DNA from: Gemmatimonadota bacterium
GTDB taxonomy: Bacteria > Gemmatimonadota > Gemmatimonadetes > JACCXV01 > JAHWKZ01
Assembly: GCA_025937815.1 (NCBI GenBank)
Contig: JAICQP010000002.1
Coordinates: 1 to 52,086 of the forward strand
DNA length: 52,086 nucleotides
Direction: 5' to 3'
The notes under the pieces: model-generated
Databases searched by the model: none
Told to the model about the DNA's origin: nothing
What the model saw: the letters and a program-made list of their open reading frames with translations, nothing else
Position numbers and translations under genes: made by a program
Part shown: piece by piece, positions 29,227 to 38,634 of the stretch
Numbering within the stretch: the first letter of the stretch is position 1
Layout: each line of letters starts with the position of its first letter

Positions 29227-31503
29227 CTACCATTCGCGCTCCAGACGGGCGAAGCGGGCCACCAGCCGCTTCTCCCCCGCCCGGTCGAACCGCACGGTCA
29301 CCTTGAGGTCCCGGCCGGTCCCGCTGACGGCCTTGATCGTGCCGGGGCCGAACTCGCGGTGGGCGACCCGCTCGCCGGGACGGTAGGCCGGGGCCAGGTC
29401 GGAGACCTCGTCGGGCTCGACCGAGTCGCCCGCCGGGTCGTCGACCGCGATGGTGTTGTCCCAGGCCGTCGCGCGGGCCGCGTCGGCGGAGCCCGAACCG
29501 CCCCCGAACCCGAACGAGGTGCGCCGGCCGTGCCAGCCGCCCCAGCGGCTGAGCGGCTCCTCCTCCCACTCGACCAGGTCCTCGGGCAGCTCGGCCAGGA
29601 ACGGCGAGGGCCCGGCGATCGTGTTCTGCCCCCAGCGATAACGCTCGTGAGCATAACTCAGGTATACGCGGTCCTTGGCCCGCGTCAGGCCCACGTAGAA
29701 GAGCCGCCGCTCCTCTTCGTACTCCCGGGGGGACTCGAGCGCCCGGGCCAGCGGGAAGAGGTTCTCCTCGCATCCGGCGAGGAACACGACGGGAAACTCC
29801 AGGCCCTTGGCGTTGTGGAGCGTCATGAGCGTCACCACCCCACCCCCTAGCGCGGCGGTGTCGAGGTCGGTGAGGAGGCTCACCTCCTCCAGGAAGGCGG
29901 CCAGGTCCCCCTCCCCGGGAGCGGTCGGGCGCTCGTCGCTGAACGTCTGCACGCCGGCCACCAGCTCGTAGAGGTTCTCGATCCGGTCCTCCCGCCGGGG
30001 GTCCTTGAGAGCACGGTAATGGGCGAACAGGCCGGCCTTCTCGAAGTACTCCGTGACCCAACCGCCGGCCGGTTCGACCGCGGCCCGCTCCCGGAACCGG
30101 TCCAGGAGCTCGGCCAGCTCCCTGAGCCCGGCCTGCGTCGGCGCGTTGACCTGCAGGAAGATCGACGGGTCGTCCAGCGCCCCCGAGAGCCCGGTCCCCC
30201 GCTCCTGGGCCACGGCCTCCAGTGCCTGGATCGTCACCGGACCGATCCCGCGCCTGGGTACCCCCAGCACGCGGTTCATCGACCAGTCGTCGAGGGGATT
30301 GGCGAGGATCCGGAGGTACGCGACCGCGTCCTTGACCTCCTGCCGCTCGTAGAACCGCGTACCCCCGACGATCACGTACGGCAGCCCGCGGCGGCGCATC
30401 CCCTCTTCCAGGGCGCGGGACTGGGAGTTCGTGCGGTAGAGGACTGCCACGTCGCTGGCCGAGCGCCCCTCGCGCTGGAGCGACTGGATCGTCCGCGCCA
30501 CCCACTCAGCCTCGCTCTCGGCGTCGGCAGCGCCGTGCACGATCAGCGGCTCGCCCGCCTCGCGCTCGGTCCAGAGCTTCTTGGGCTTCCGCTCTCGGTT
30601 CTTCTCGACGATCGCGTGGGCGGCGTCGAGGATCCTGGCCGTCGAGCGGTAGTTCTGCTCGAGCCGGATCGAGACCGCCTCGGGGAAGTCGTCCTCGAAC
30701 GACAGGATGTTCCGGATGTCGGCGCCCCTCCAACCGTAGATCGACTGGTCGTCGTCGCCGACCACCGTGACCGAGCGATGCTCCTCGGTCAGCATCTTTA
30801 TGAACTGGTACTGCGCGTGGTTCGTGTCCTGGTATTCATCGACGAGGACGTGGCGGAACTTGCGCCGGAACGACGCCAGCAGGGCCTCGTCCTCACGGAG
30901 CTTGACGACCGTCTGCATGAGCAGGTCGTCGAAGTCGAACGCGCGGTTGGAGCGCAGGACGGCCTGGTAGCGGCGATACGCCTCGGCGACGGCCTCCTCG
31001 ACGTGTCCGTGATGGAGCGCCGCGTACTGCTCTGGCGACAGGAGCCGGTTCTTGGCGTCCGAGATCCGCCCTCGCACGCCGTACGCGTCGAGCGATCCGA
31101 TCGACCAGCTCATTGCGTCCATGACCTGCTTGAGGATCTGAAGCGTGTCATCCCCGTCGTAGATCGTAAACGCGCGCGGATAATCGAAGCGATCGGCTAT
31201 CTGGCGCAGGATCCGGGCGCAGACCGAGTGAAAGGTCCCGATCCAGAGGCCCTGGATCCCGTCGACCCGGTCCGCCAGGAGCGTCAGCACGCGCTCCTTC
31301 ATCTCACCGGCGGCCTTGTTGGTGAACGTGACGGCGAGGATGTGCCGCGGCGCGACCCCGTGGTGGAGGATCATCCACGCGATGCGATGGGTGAGGACGC
31401 GCGTCTTTCCGCTCCCCGCGCCGGCCAGCACGAGCAGCGGACCGGGGCCATGCATCACGGCCTCGCGCTGGGCGGGGTTCAGGTTCTGGAGCGGGCCGTT
31501 CAC
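29227..31503 (-). CDS. uvrD: ATP-dependent DNA helicase, UvrD/PcrA family (SF1A)
   Basis: LNPAQREAV, Walker A AGAGSGKT, ILAVTFTNKAA, VDEYQDTN, TLHNAKGLEF and YVGLTRAK. GTG at 31503 overlaps the histidine kinase stop (GTGA). Confidence 0.93.
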   Translation of the reverse strand: MNGPLQNLNPAQREAVMHGPGPLLVLAGAGSGKTRVLTHRIAWMILHHGVAPRHILAVTFTNKAAGEMKERVLTLLADRVDGIQGLWIGTFHSVCARILRQIADRFDYPRAFTIYDGDDTLQILKQVMDAMSWSIGSLDAYGVRGRISDAKNRLLSPEQYAALHHGHVEEAVAEAYRRYQAVLRSNRAFDFDDLLMQTVVKLREDEALLASFRRKFRHVLVDEYQDTNHAQYQFIKMLTEEHRSVTVVGDDDQSIYGWRGADIRNILSFEDDFPEAVSIRLEQNYRSTARILDAAHAIVEKNRERKPKKLWTEREAGEPLIVHGAADAESEAEWVARTIQSLQREGRSASDVAVLYRTNSQSRALEEGMRRRGLPYVIVGGTRFYERQEVKDAVAYLRILANPLDDWSMNRVLGVPRRGIGPVTIQALEAVAQERGTGLSGALDDPSIFLQVNAPTQAGLRELAELLDRFRERAAVEPAGGWVTEYFEKAGLFAHYRALKDPRREDRIENLYELVAGVQTFSDERPTAPGEGDLAAFLEEVSLLTDLDTAALGGGVVTLMTLHNAKGLEFPVVFLAGCEENLFPLARALESPREYEEERRLFYVGLTRAKDRVYLSYAHERYRWGQNTIAGPSPFLAELPEDLVEWEEEPLSRWGGWHGRRTSFGFGGGSGSADAARATAWDNTIAVDDPAGDSVEPDEVSDLAPAYRPGERVAHREFGPGTIKAVSGTGRDLKVTVRFDRAGEKRLVARFARLEREW

Positions 31504-32714
31504 GAGCGCTCCGCCTCGCCCTCGCCGCTGGCGGCCAGCGTGACGCGAAACGTCGTGCCCGCGCCCGGCTCCGAAGCGACCAGCTCGAGCGAGCCACCGT
31601 GATTCTCCTCGATGATCCGCCTGGCGAGCGAGAGGCCCACACCCCAGCCCTGAGGCTTGGTCGAGACGCCGGTCTCGAAGATCCGCTTGCGCAGCGCCCA
31701 CGGGACCCCCGGCCCGTCATCGGAGATCTCGACCATGGCCGTGCCGGGTGCCGGGCCGCGCGCGACCCTGAGCGAGATCTCGCCGCCGGTTGCCTGGAGC
31801 GCGTCGACCGCGTTCTTGACGAGATTCTCGAGCGCCCATTCGAGCAGCGTGCGGTTGGCCTCCACCACGGGCGCCGGCTCGTAGGCGGTCGTCAGGCGAA
31901 TGGTCCGGCCGCGGCGCGGGAGCCGCGCGCGGCAGTACTCCTCGAGGTCGCGGACGACGGCGCGGAGGTCGAGCGGCGCGAGCTGGGGATTCCTCCCGAT
32001 CAGCTCGAACCGGTTGGCGACTTTCGTCAGCCGGTCGAGATCCTGCTCCATGGCGGCCAGCGCGGCGTCGGTGTCGACCTCACGTCGGTCGTCGTCCGAG
32101 CCCGTCCCGGCCGGGACGGCGGCGGTGCGCTCGGCCTTGAGGAGCTCGACCCAGCCGTACAGGGACGAAATCGGAGTGCCCAGCTGATGCGCGCTCTCGC
32201 GGGCCATCGCCACCCAGATCTGGCCGCGCTGGACGCGGAGGTTGTAGCGGATCAGCCAGAACGCGATCAGCCCGATCGCGGCCAGTCCCAGGGCCTGGAT
32301 GTAGGGCAGGTAGCGGAGCAGCGTGATCGTGCCGGCCTCCGTGACGTGGATCCGCTGGATCACGACGCCACTCTCGTCGAGCACGGGATAGGGATCGGCG
32401 ATCCGGTCCATGCGCGCGGCTTCCTGTCTGAGCGCCAGCCGGTCGGCCGGGCTCCACGGTCCGGTCTCGCTTTCGATGTCGAGATCCAGGTTCTTGAATG
32501 CGGTCGGGTTGCCCAGCTCGTCGGTGAGGATGACCGGGTACGGGAAGCTCTGGATCACTTCTTCGAACAGGAGGAGCTGCGCGTCCTCCGCCGAGGTGAC
32601 ACTCAGCGCTCGCGCGTAGAGCGTCGCCAGCCGCTCGGTGTCCTCACGGATGTCCTCCACGAGCGCGCGCGTGAACCACGCGTACCCGATGAAGAGCGCC
32701 AGGTACGCCACCAC
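31500..32714 (-). CDS. membrane sensor histidine kinase (start uncertain)
   Basis: H-box ARESAHQLGTPISSL, N-box LENLVKNAVDA, G1 DDGPGV and G2 GWGVGLSLA. Two TM segments flank a periplasmic-type region. The first canonical in-frame start after the serS stop is GTG at 32714/32711, which lies inside the first TM helix. The protein-like frame continues up to about 32770 with no ATG/GTG/TTG. No response regulator is adjacent. Confidence 0.8.
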   Translation of the reverse strand: MVAYLALFIGYAWFTRALVEDIREDTERLATLYARALSVTSAEDAQLLLFEEVIQSFPYPVILTDELGNPTAFKNLDLDIESETGPWSPADRLALRQEAARMDRIADPYPVLDESGVVIQRIHVTEAGTITLLRYLPYIQALGLAAIGLIAFWLIRYNLRVQRGQIWVAMARESAHQLGTPISSLYGWVELLKAERTAAVPAGTGSDDDRREVDTDAALAAMEQDLDRLTKVANRFELIGRNPQLAPLDLRAVVRDLEEYCRARLPRRGRTIRLTTAYEPAPVVEANRTLLEWALENLVKNAVDALQATGGEISLRVARGPAPGTAMVEISDDGPGVPWALRKRIFETGVSTKPQGWGVGLSLARRIIEENHGGSLELVASEPGAGTTFRVTLAASGEGEAERS

Positions 32715-32782
32715 CGCGACGATCGGCCAGACGCGCGGCCAGGCGTGCGGCGGCGTGATCGAGGTCCGCGTCGTGCCGCCTC

Positions 32783-34063
32783 CTAGGACTCCGGCTCCAG
32801 GACCTCGCGGCCCCCCATGTACGGGCGCAACGCCGCGGGAAGCGTGACCGTGCCATCGGCGTTCTGGCCGTTCTCGAGCAGCGCGATCATCGTCCTCGGG
32901 AGCGCGACTCCCGACCCGTTCAGCGTGTGCGGGTGGCGCGTCCCGCTCGCGCCCTCGGCCCGCATGCGCAAGCCCGCCCGCCGGGACTGGTACGCCTCGC
33001 AGTTCGAGCACGACGACACCTCGAGCCACATCCCCACGCCGGGCGCCCAGGCTTCGATGTCGTACGTCTTGGCGGCCGCGTTTCCCATGTCGCCCGCGGC
33101 GAGGAGGAGTATGCGATAGGGCAGCTCGAGGGTCTGGAGGACGGCTTCGGCGTCCGCGGTCAATGTCTCCAGCATGTCGTAGGATGCCTCGGGAGCCGTA
33201 ATGGCGACCATCTCGACCTTGTCGAACTGGTGGACGCGGATCATGCCGCGGGTCTCCCGCCCGGCCGCACCGGCCTCGCGGCGAAAGCACGGCGTGTGCG
33301 CACAGTAACGCAGCGGCAGCGCGGCCGCGTCCAGGATCTCCTCCCGGTGCCAGCCCATGATCGGCACCTCGGCCGTGGGGATCAGGTACAGCTCGTCGCG
33401 GTCGCAGGCGTAGAGCTGCTCTTCGAATTTCGGCAGGTGGCCGGTGGCGGTGGCCGTCGCAGCGTTCACCAGGTACGGCGGCGCGATCTCGCGGTAGCCG
33501 TTCGCGCGGTGGCGGTCGAGCATGAGCGCGATCAGCGCGCGGGAAAGCGCCGCTCCCGCGCCCGTCAGGCCGACGAATCCGGAGCCCGCGATCTTCGTGG
33601 CGCGCTCCAGGTCGAGGATTCCCAGCCGCTCGCCGAGCTCCCAGTGGGGCTTCGGCTCGAAGTCGAACTCGCGCGGGCGACCCCACTCCCGCACATGCAC
33701 GTTGGCCTCCGGGCCGCCGGCCGGAACCGAGGCGTGCGGCAGATTCGGCAGCTCGAGGAGGAGCGAGTCGAGCGTCTCCTTGTGGGCGCTCGACTGGTCG
33801 TCCAGCGACTTGATCCGGTCGGATACCGCGCGCATCTCGGACTTGAGCTGCTCGGCTTGCTCCGCGCGGCCGCCCTGCACCATGACGCCGATCTCCTTGG
33901 AGCGAGCGTTCCGCTCGGCCTTGAGCCGCTCGCTCTCCGCCAGGAGCCGCCGGTACTCCTCGTCGAGGCGCACCAACCGATCCACGTCGGCGGAGTCCCC
34001 GCGCCTGGCGAGTCCCTCGAGGAGCAGCTCGCGGTCCTCGCGCAGGATCCGGACGTCCAGCAT
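32783..34063 (-). CDS. serS: seryl-tRNA synthetase
   Basis: N-terminal coiled-coil MLDVRILRED... and class II motifs (YLIPTAEVP, FRREAG, TLNGSGVALPR). ATG at 34063 shares one base with the upstream stop (TGATG). Confidence 0.95.
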   Translation of the reverse strand: MLDVRILREDRELLLEGLARRGDSADVDRLVRLDEEYRRLLAESERLKAERNARSKEIGVMVQGGRAEQAEQLKSEMRAVSDRIKSLDDQSSAHKETLDSLLLELPNLPHASVPAGGPEANVHVREWGRPREFDFEPKPHWELGERLGILDLERATKIAGSGFVGLTGAGAALSRALIALMLDRHRANGYREIAPPYLVNAATATATGHLPKFEEQLYACDRDELYLIPTAEVPIMGWHREEILDAAALPLRYCAHTPCFRREAGAAGRETRGMIRVHQFDKVEMVAITAPEASYDMLETLTADAEAVLQTLELPYRILLLAAGDMGNAAAKTYDIEAWAPGVGMWLEVSSCSNCEAYQSRRAGLRMRAEGASGTRHPHTLNGSGVALPRTMIALLENGQNADGTVTLPAALRPYMGGREVLEPES

Positions 34064-34653
34064 CACTCGACGACGCGGCGATTCAGCGGCTGCACCTGAT
34101 ACGCCCAGCGGAAGCGCGCGAATCGCGATCCGGGCTGGCCGGGGAACTCGCTGCCGACCTCGAGCACGGCGAGCTTGGCGTAGTTGATCGGCACGATCCC
34201 GGACTGCGAGCGGGAGATGCGGAAGGCGTAGACGTGGCCGGCCTCGACCGGCACGCCGGCCTCGTCGTCGACGTCGCTGTAGCCGTCCTCGGGCACTTCC
34301 TCGACCGACTCGTACGGAACCGCGCCCAGGTCCTGGATCCCGGTGCGGACACTGGTCAGCCCCGGCGCCAGGAAGGTGGAAAAGGCCCGGAAGACGAGCG
34401 TCCCGTTCGGCCGCGCGTCGAGGAGGAACGTCCCCGTCGACCCGCCGATCTCGTCCGTCCCCACGAAGATCCGGTGCGCGGATGCGAAGTCCCAACCCGA
34501 GGGGAAGGCCGGCAGGCCGAGCTCCCACAATTGGCTCTCGCCCTCGAAGACCTGCGGCGTCGTGTTGCGGAACGGGTTCTCGTCGTCGCACGCCGCCAGC
34601 TGGATCGCGACGAGCACGAGCAGCCGTCCCAGGATGTTCCGATGTCCTCTCAT
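34063..34653 (-). CDS. lipoprotein, unknown function
   Basis: Signal plus lipobox MRGHRNILGRLLVLVAIQLAAC-D. 196 aa. The ATG overlaps the upstream stop (ATGA). No family recognised. Confidence 0.6.
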   Translation of the reverse strand: MRGHRNILGRLLVLVAIQLAACDDENPFRNTTPQVFEGESQLWELGLPAFPSGWDFASAHRIFVGTDEIGGSTGTFLLDARPNGTLVFRAFSTFLAPGLTSVRTGIQDLGAVPYESVEEVPEDGYSDVDDEAGVPVEAGHVYAFRISRSQSGIVPINYAKLAVLEVGSEFPGQPGSRFARFRWAYQVQPLNRRVVE

Positions 34654-35627
34654 GATCCGCGTTCGCTCTCCTGTGTGGCCGGTATCTCCGGCTCGCTCGC
34701 CACGCGCTCGCGCCAGTGCTCGAGCAGGTCGCGCGCGGTCTCCTCCCACCCCCGGGTGGCGACCCATCCAATCGACTCGCGCGCCAGCCGGGGATCGCCG
34801 ACCATCCACGGGACCTCGGCCGGCCGCAGACGCGCGGGGTCCACGGCGAACTCGATCCGCACGTTCGACAACGAAGCCAGGACCTCGAGCGCCTCGCCGA
34901 TCGTCCGCCCGACGCCGCTGCAGACGTTGTAGGCCGCGCCCGGCGCGCCCTGACGCAAGAGCATCGCGTACGCCTCGACGACGTCGCGGACGTGCGATAC
35001 GTCGCGCGTGGGATCGAGGTTCCCGATCTCGATCACGGCGGGTCCTCGTCCGGCCTCGGCGCGCGCGATCCGCCGCGCCACGGACGAGAACACGAAGCGC
35101 GGGTCCTGCCCCGGGCCCGTGTGCGGGAATGCCCGGGCTCGAACGACCTCCAGTCCGTAGCCGCGCCAGTACAGAGCGCCGATCAGATCCTGGGCCGCCT
35201 TGCTCGTCCCGTACGGGCTTACCGGCTCGAGCGGCGCGCTCTCCGGCACGGGCCCATCCTCGGCCGAGCGCCGCCCGTATGCCTCGCTGGAGGTGACCAC
35301 CAGCGCCCGGCCGACCTGCGTCCTGCGACACCCCTCCAAAACGTGCAGCGTGCCAAGCGCGTTGACCGCGAACGTCTCGCCCGGCCGGCTGAAGGCCGCC
35401 GCCACGCTGGTCTGTCCGGCGAGATGGACGAGGGCGTCGGGCGCGGCCTCGGCGAGCACGCGCTCGACGCGGTCCTGCTCCCGGACGTCGCAGGCCCAGA
35501 TCCGCTCGACCCCGGCGATCGCGGTCGGTTCCAGCGAGGACCCCACCACGGCGTGCCCTTCCGCCGCCAGCAGGGCCGCGAGGTGCCGGCCCGCGAACCC
35601 GTCGATGCCGGTCAGGAAGATGCGCAT
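34650..35627 (-). CDS. NAD-dependent epimerase/dehydratase (extended SDR; GDP-sugar reductase/dehydratase-like)
   Basis: Rossmann motif FLTGIDGFAGRHL, catalytic SPYGTSKAAQDL (YxxxK). 325 aa. ATG at 35627. Confidence 0.8.
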   Translation of the reverse strand: MRIFLTGIDGFAGRHLAALLAAEGHAVVGSSLEPTAIAGVERIWACDVREQDRVERVLAEAAPDALVHLAGQTSVAAAFSRPGETFAVNALGTLHVLEGCRRTQVGRALVVTSSEAYGRRSAEDGPVPESAPLEPVSPYGTSKAAQDLIGALYWRGYGLEVVRARAFPHTGPGQDPRFVFSSVARRIARAEAGRGPAVIEIGNLDPTRDVSHVRDVVEAYAMLLRQGAPGAAYNVCSGVGRTIGEALEVLASLSNVRIEFAVDPARLRPAEVPWMVGDPRLARESIGWVATRGWEETARDLLEHWRERVASEPEIPATQESERGS

Positions 35628-35662
35628 TTGGGCTTTGGGTCGCGGGTCGGGACGACGACCTG

Positions 35663-36895
35663 TCAGGACGACGTTGGGTGGTCAAGATACTGGAGCCGGC
35701 TCCACAGCGCCCGCTCGCCCTCGGTCGGCGACTGGCCGCGGCGGCGCATCGCCGTCTCCACGGTCGAGAGGAAGGCGTCGAGCCGGACGCGCACCCGCTC
35801 CCTGCCGTCGTCCCACGAGAAGTCGGGGAGCCAGGCCGGCGACACGCCGCCCCCGAAGAGATGGCTTCCGGCGCCGATCCTCGCGCCCGTCGTCAGGCGG
35901 GCTCCGATCCCCGTCTTCACGTGGTCGCCGAGGAACGCCCCGACCTTGAGGAGCCCGGTGTCGACCCGCCCTTCGGGCCCGCTCACGCGCACGGGGCCGT
36001 AGGTGTTCTTCAGGTCGCTGGTCACCGTCGACGCGCCGAGGTTTCCCCACTCGCCGATGAACGAATGGCCCACGAACCCATCGTGTGCCTTGTTGCAGAA
36101 GCCCTGGAAGACCGTCTGCTCGACCTCGCCCCGCACCTTGCAGAGCTGCCCGATCGATGTCCCGTGCCCCACCTCGCCCCCCAGGACGGTGCTCTCGGGC
36201 CCGACGTAGATCGGGCCCCGCAGGATGGCATGTGGCTCGACCCTGACGCCGCGGTCGAGGATGATCGGGCCCTCGCGCGCGTCGAGGACGACGAACGGGC
36301 CGATCGCCACGTCCGCGCCGACCTGGAGGTCGTCCCCGAGGAGCACGAAGGGATCGACGCCGGAGAAGGTGTCGACGCCCTCGAAGTCCTCGGCGTCGTA
36401 GGCGATCAGCTCGGGGTTGGCGGCCATCGTCCCCCAGATCGAATCGCAGAGCGCGCCGCCGGCCTCGACGTGCGGCAGCCCCAGATCGATCACCGCGTCG
36501 TAGCTGGAGCCGCCCCAGAGCGGCCCTCCGATGCGCTCTGCGATCTCTCTCGCGCGGGCCTCGTCGAGCCTCCAGGCGACGGGCTCGCCGCCCGCGCGGT
36601 ACTCGGCCGGCTCGTCGCCGAAGGACCAGCCTCGCGGCGGGACCCAGGTGGCGAGCGCCACGCGCCAACCGGATCCCGCGCCGGGCGGGTCATTGACCGG
36701 CGGCGGAACCCCGGAACGAAACGCGCAGCCCGCCACGTCCTCGTCGCAGAGGAGCGCGGCCAGCGGGCCGTGCCGGTCGCTCCAGCGCGCGCGGAACGTG
36801 CGCGTGCCGGCCAGCAGATCGGCAGCCGGACGGGTCGCCGCCAGCGGCCAGAAGGGCTCCCGCGGCGGGTCGACGAGAAGAAGAGGTACGCTCAA
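35663..36895 (-). CDS. putative sugar nucleotidyltransferase/acyltransferase with left-handed beta-helix (alternative GlmU-like family)
   Basis: The C-terminal half shows hexapeptide-repeat character (VGADVAIGPFVVLD..., VGPESTVLGGEVGHGTSIG, VKTGIGARLTTGARIGAGSHL). The N-terminal half is nucleotidyltransferase-like. TTG at 36895 overlaps the SPOR gene stop (TTGA). The family call is from memory of the TIGR03991-type architecture. Confidence 0.55.
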   Translation of the reverse strand: MSVPLLLVDPPREPFWPLAATRPAADLLAGTRTFRARWSDRHGPLAALLCDEDVAGCAFRSGVPPPVNDPPGAGSGWRVALATWVPPRGWSFGDEPAEYRAGGEPVAWRLDEARAREIAERIGGPLWGGSSYDAVIDLGLPHVEAGGALCDSIWGTMAANPELIAYDAEDFEGVDTFSGVDPFVLLGDDLQVGADVAIGPFVVLDAREGPIILDRGVRVEPHAILRGPIYVGPESTVLGGEVGHGTSIGQLCKVRGEVEQTVFQGFCNKAHDGFVGHSFIGEWGNLGASTVTSDLKNTYGPVRVSGPEGRVDTGLLKVGAFLGDHVKTGIGARLTTGARIGAGSHLFGGGVSPAWLPDFSWDDGRERVRVRLDAFLSTVETAMRRRGQSPTEGERALWSRLQYLDHPTSS

Positions 36896-37482
36896 GGCAG
36901 CGTGCGGATCGTGGTCCGCACTACCCACGCGTCGGGCCATCCGAGCCCGGCGAGCCGCTGGCGCAGCGCCTCCGCACCAGCGCGGTCGGCGTAGTCGCCG
37001 ACCCGCACCTTGAACCAGGGATCGTCGCGCTCGACGTACACGGGATCCCGGTCGCCGAGCGCGCCCTGGACCCGCGTGGCGCTGGCCGACGCCTCGGCCT
37101 GGTAGCGCGAGGCGTAGACCTGGACGCGCCACCCCGTGGCGAGCGATTCGCCCTGGGGTTCTGCGATAGTCGGGGGGGCCGTCTCGAGCTCGGCTGCGGG
37201 GCGGACCTCGCCGGTGACGACAGTCTCGCGCTCGACCCGCGTCGTGTCGGCAACGGGACGGGCCAGCGTGTCCGCGATCAGCGTGCCGTCGGGCGTCACA
37301 CGACCGACGACGGTGGCGCCCGCGGCTCCGGACGCTCCGCCGTCCCTCCCCGCCACGGCGCTCGCATTTCCCCCGGAAGGGCTCGTGGAGTCGCCCGAGC
37401 CGGGCGGGAGCTCCTCGCGGTAGCGGGCGGGCATGCAGGCGGCGGCCAGAAGCGCCGCGACCCCAAGCAGCCGAACGCTCAT
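36892..37482 (-). CDS. SPOR-domain (peptidoglycan-binding) lipoprotein
   Basis: Lipobox LLAAAC. The C-terminus WRVQVYASRYQAEA...WFKVRVGDYADRAGAEALRQRL is a typical SPOR repeat. The ATG overlaps the upstream stop (ATGA). Confidence 0.75.
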   Translation of the reverse strand: MSVRLLGVAALLAAACMPARYREELPPGSGDSTSPSGGNASAVAGRDGGASGAAGATVVGRVTPDGTLIADTLARPVADTTRVERETVVTGEVRPAAELETAPPTIAEPQGESLATGWRVQVYASRYQAEASASATRVQGALGDRDPVYVERDDPWFKVRVGDYADRAGAEALRQRLAGLGWPDAWVVRTTIRTLP

Positions 37483-38552
37483 CGGCGGGCGCGCGCGTCG
37501 GAGAGCGACTGTACGAAGGGCTTGAGGTCGTCCAGACGATCGCGGGGGACGACCAGCGTCTCCTCGCCGCTCCGGACGATGACGCAGTCTTCGATTCCGA
37601 GCGCGGAGAGCCTCCCCGTCGGGCACCACGCGATCACGTTCCGACACCCCTCGAGCACGATGTCGCCGACCCGGACGTTCCCGTCGCCGTCCGGCTCGAG
37701 CCAGCGCGCGAGCGCCTCCCAGGATCCGACGTCGTCCCACTCCCAGCCGCGGGCCGGCATAACGACCGCGCGCGAGGTCTGCTGCATGATCCCGTAGTCG
37801 ATCGAGGTCGATTCGACCGCGGCATAATAGCCCTGAAGCGCCGTGGCGTGATCGTCTCTCCAGGCGGCCACCGCCGAGTCGATCGTCCGGCGCATGAGCG
37901 GGAGGTGCTCCGCGTATTCCTCGAGGAAGACCTTCGCGCGACCGCAGAAGAGCCCGCTGTTCCAGGTGTGGAGGCCGTCCTGCACGAGCGCCCTCGCGGT
38001 CGGCGCGTCGGGTTTCTCCTCGAACGCCTCGACCTCGAAGGCCTCGATCGAGCGGGTCCGGATGGGATCGCCGCGGCGCACGTAGCCGTAGCCCGTCTCG
38101 GGGCGGTCCGGGACGACGCCGAAGAGCACGATGACGGGCTCCTCGGCCGCCAGCTGGAGTCCCTCCTCGACGGTGGCACGGAACGCCTTCGGGTCGCCGA
38201 TCGCGTGGTCCGCGGGCAGCACCAGGAGGATCGCATCCGGGTCACGCGCCGCCAGCAGGCCGGCCGCCAGGCCGATCGCCGCCGCGGTGTTCTTGGGCTC
38301 CGGCTCTCCGATCAGTTGCTCGCGGGGCATCTCGGGAAGCTCGGCCGCGACGCGGTCGGCGATGGCCGCCGCCGTCAGGACGAGCCAGCGCTCGGGCGGA
38401 ATGAGGCCTTCCAGCCGGTCCGCCGTCTCGCGCACCATCGTGCGGTCGGAGATGAGGGGTAGTAGCTGCTTGGGTCGATCGGGCGTCGAGGCGGGCCAGA
38501 ACCGCTCTCCCACGCCGCCCGCGAGGATGACCGCGTGGTTCACGCGCGCCAA
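37479..38552 (-). CDS. mannose-1-phosphate guanylyltransferase (no isomerase domain)
   Basis: AVILAGGVGERFWP...PKQLL, VLPADH and nucleotidyltransferase fold motifs. 357 aa. The track start is TTG at 38552; GTG at 38543 is an alternative. Confidence 0.85.
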   Translation of the reverse strand: MARVNHAVILAGGVGERFWPASTPDRPKQLLPLISDRTMVRETADRLEGLIPPERWLVLTAAAIADRVAAELPEMPREQLIGEPEPKNTAAAIGLAAGLLAARDPDAILLVLPADHAIGDPKAFRATVEEGLQLAAEEPVIVLFGVVPDRPETGYGYVRRGDPIRTRSIEAFEVEAFEEKPDAPTARALVQDGLHTWNSGLFCGRAKVFLEEYAEHLPLMRRTIDSAVAAWRDDHATALQGYYAAVESTSIDYGIMQQTSRAVVMPARGWEWDDVGSWEALARWLEPDGDGNVRVGDIVLEGCRNVIAWCPTGRLSALGIEDCVIVRSGEETLVVPRDRLDDLKPFVQSLSDARARR

Positions 38553-38634
38553 CGTAGCCCGCGCGCGGCGAGCCGGTCAAGCTGGAAGGCGGATTGCCGG
38601 AAGGTTAGCCTTGATCCCGGAAATGACCCCTGCC

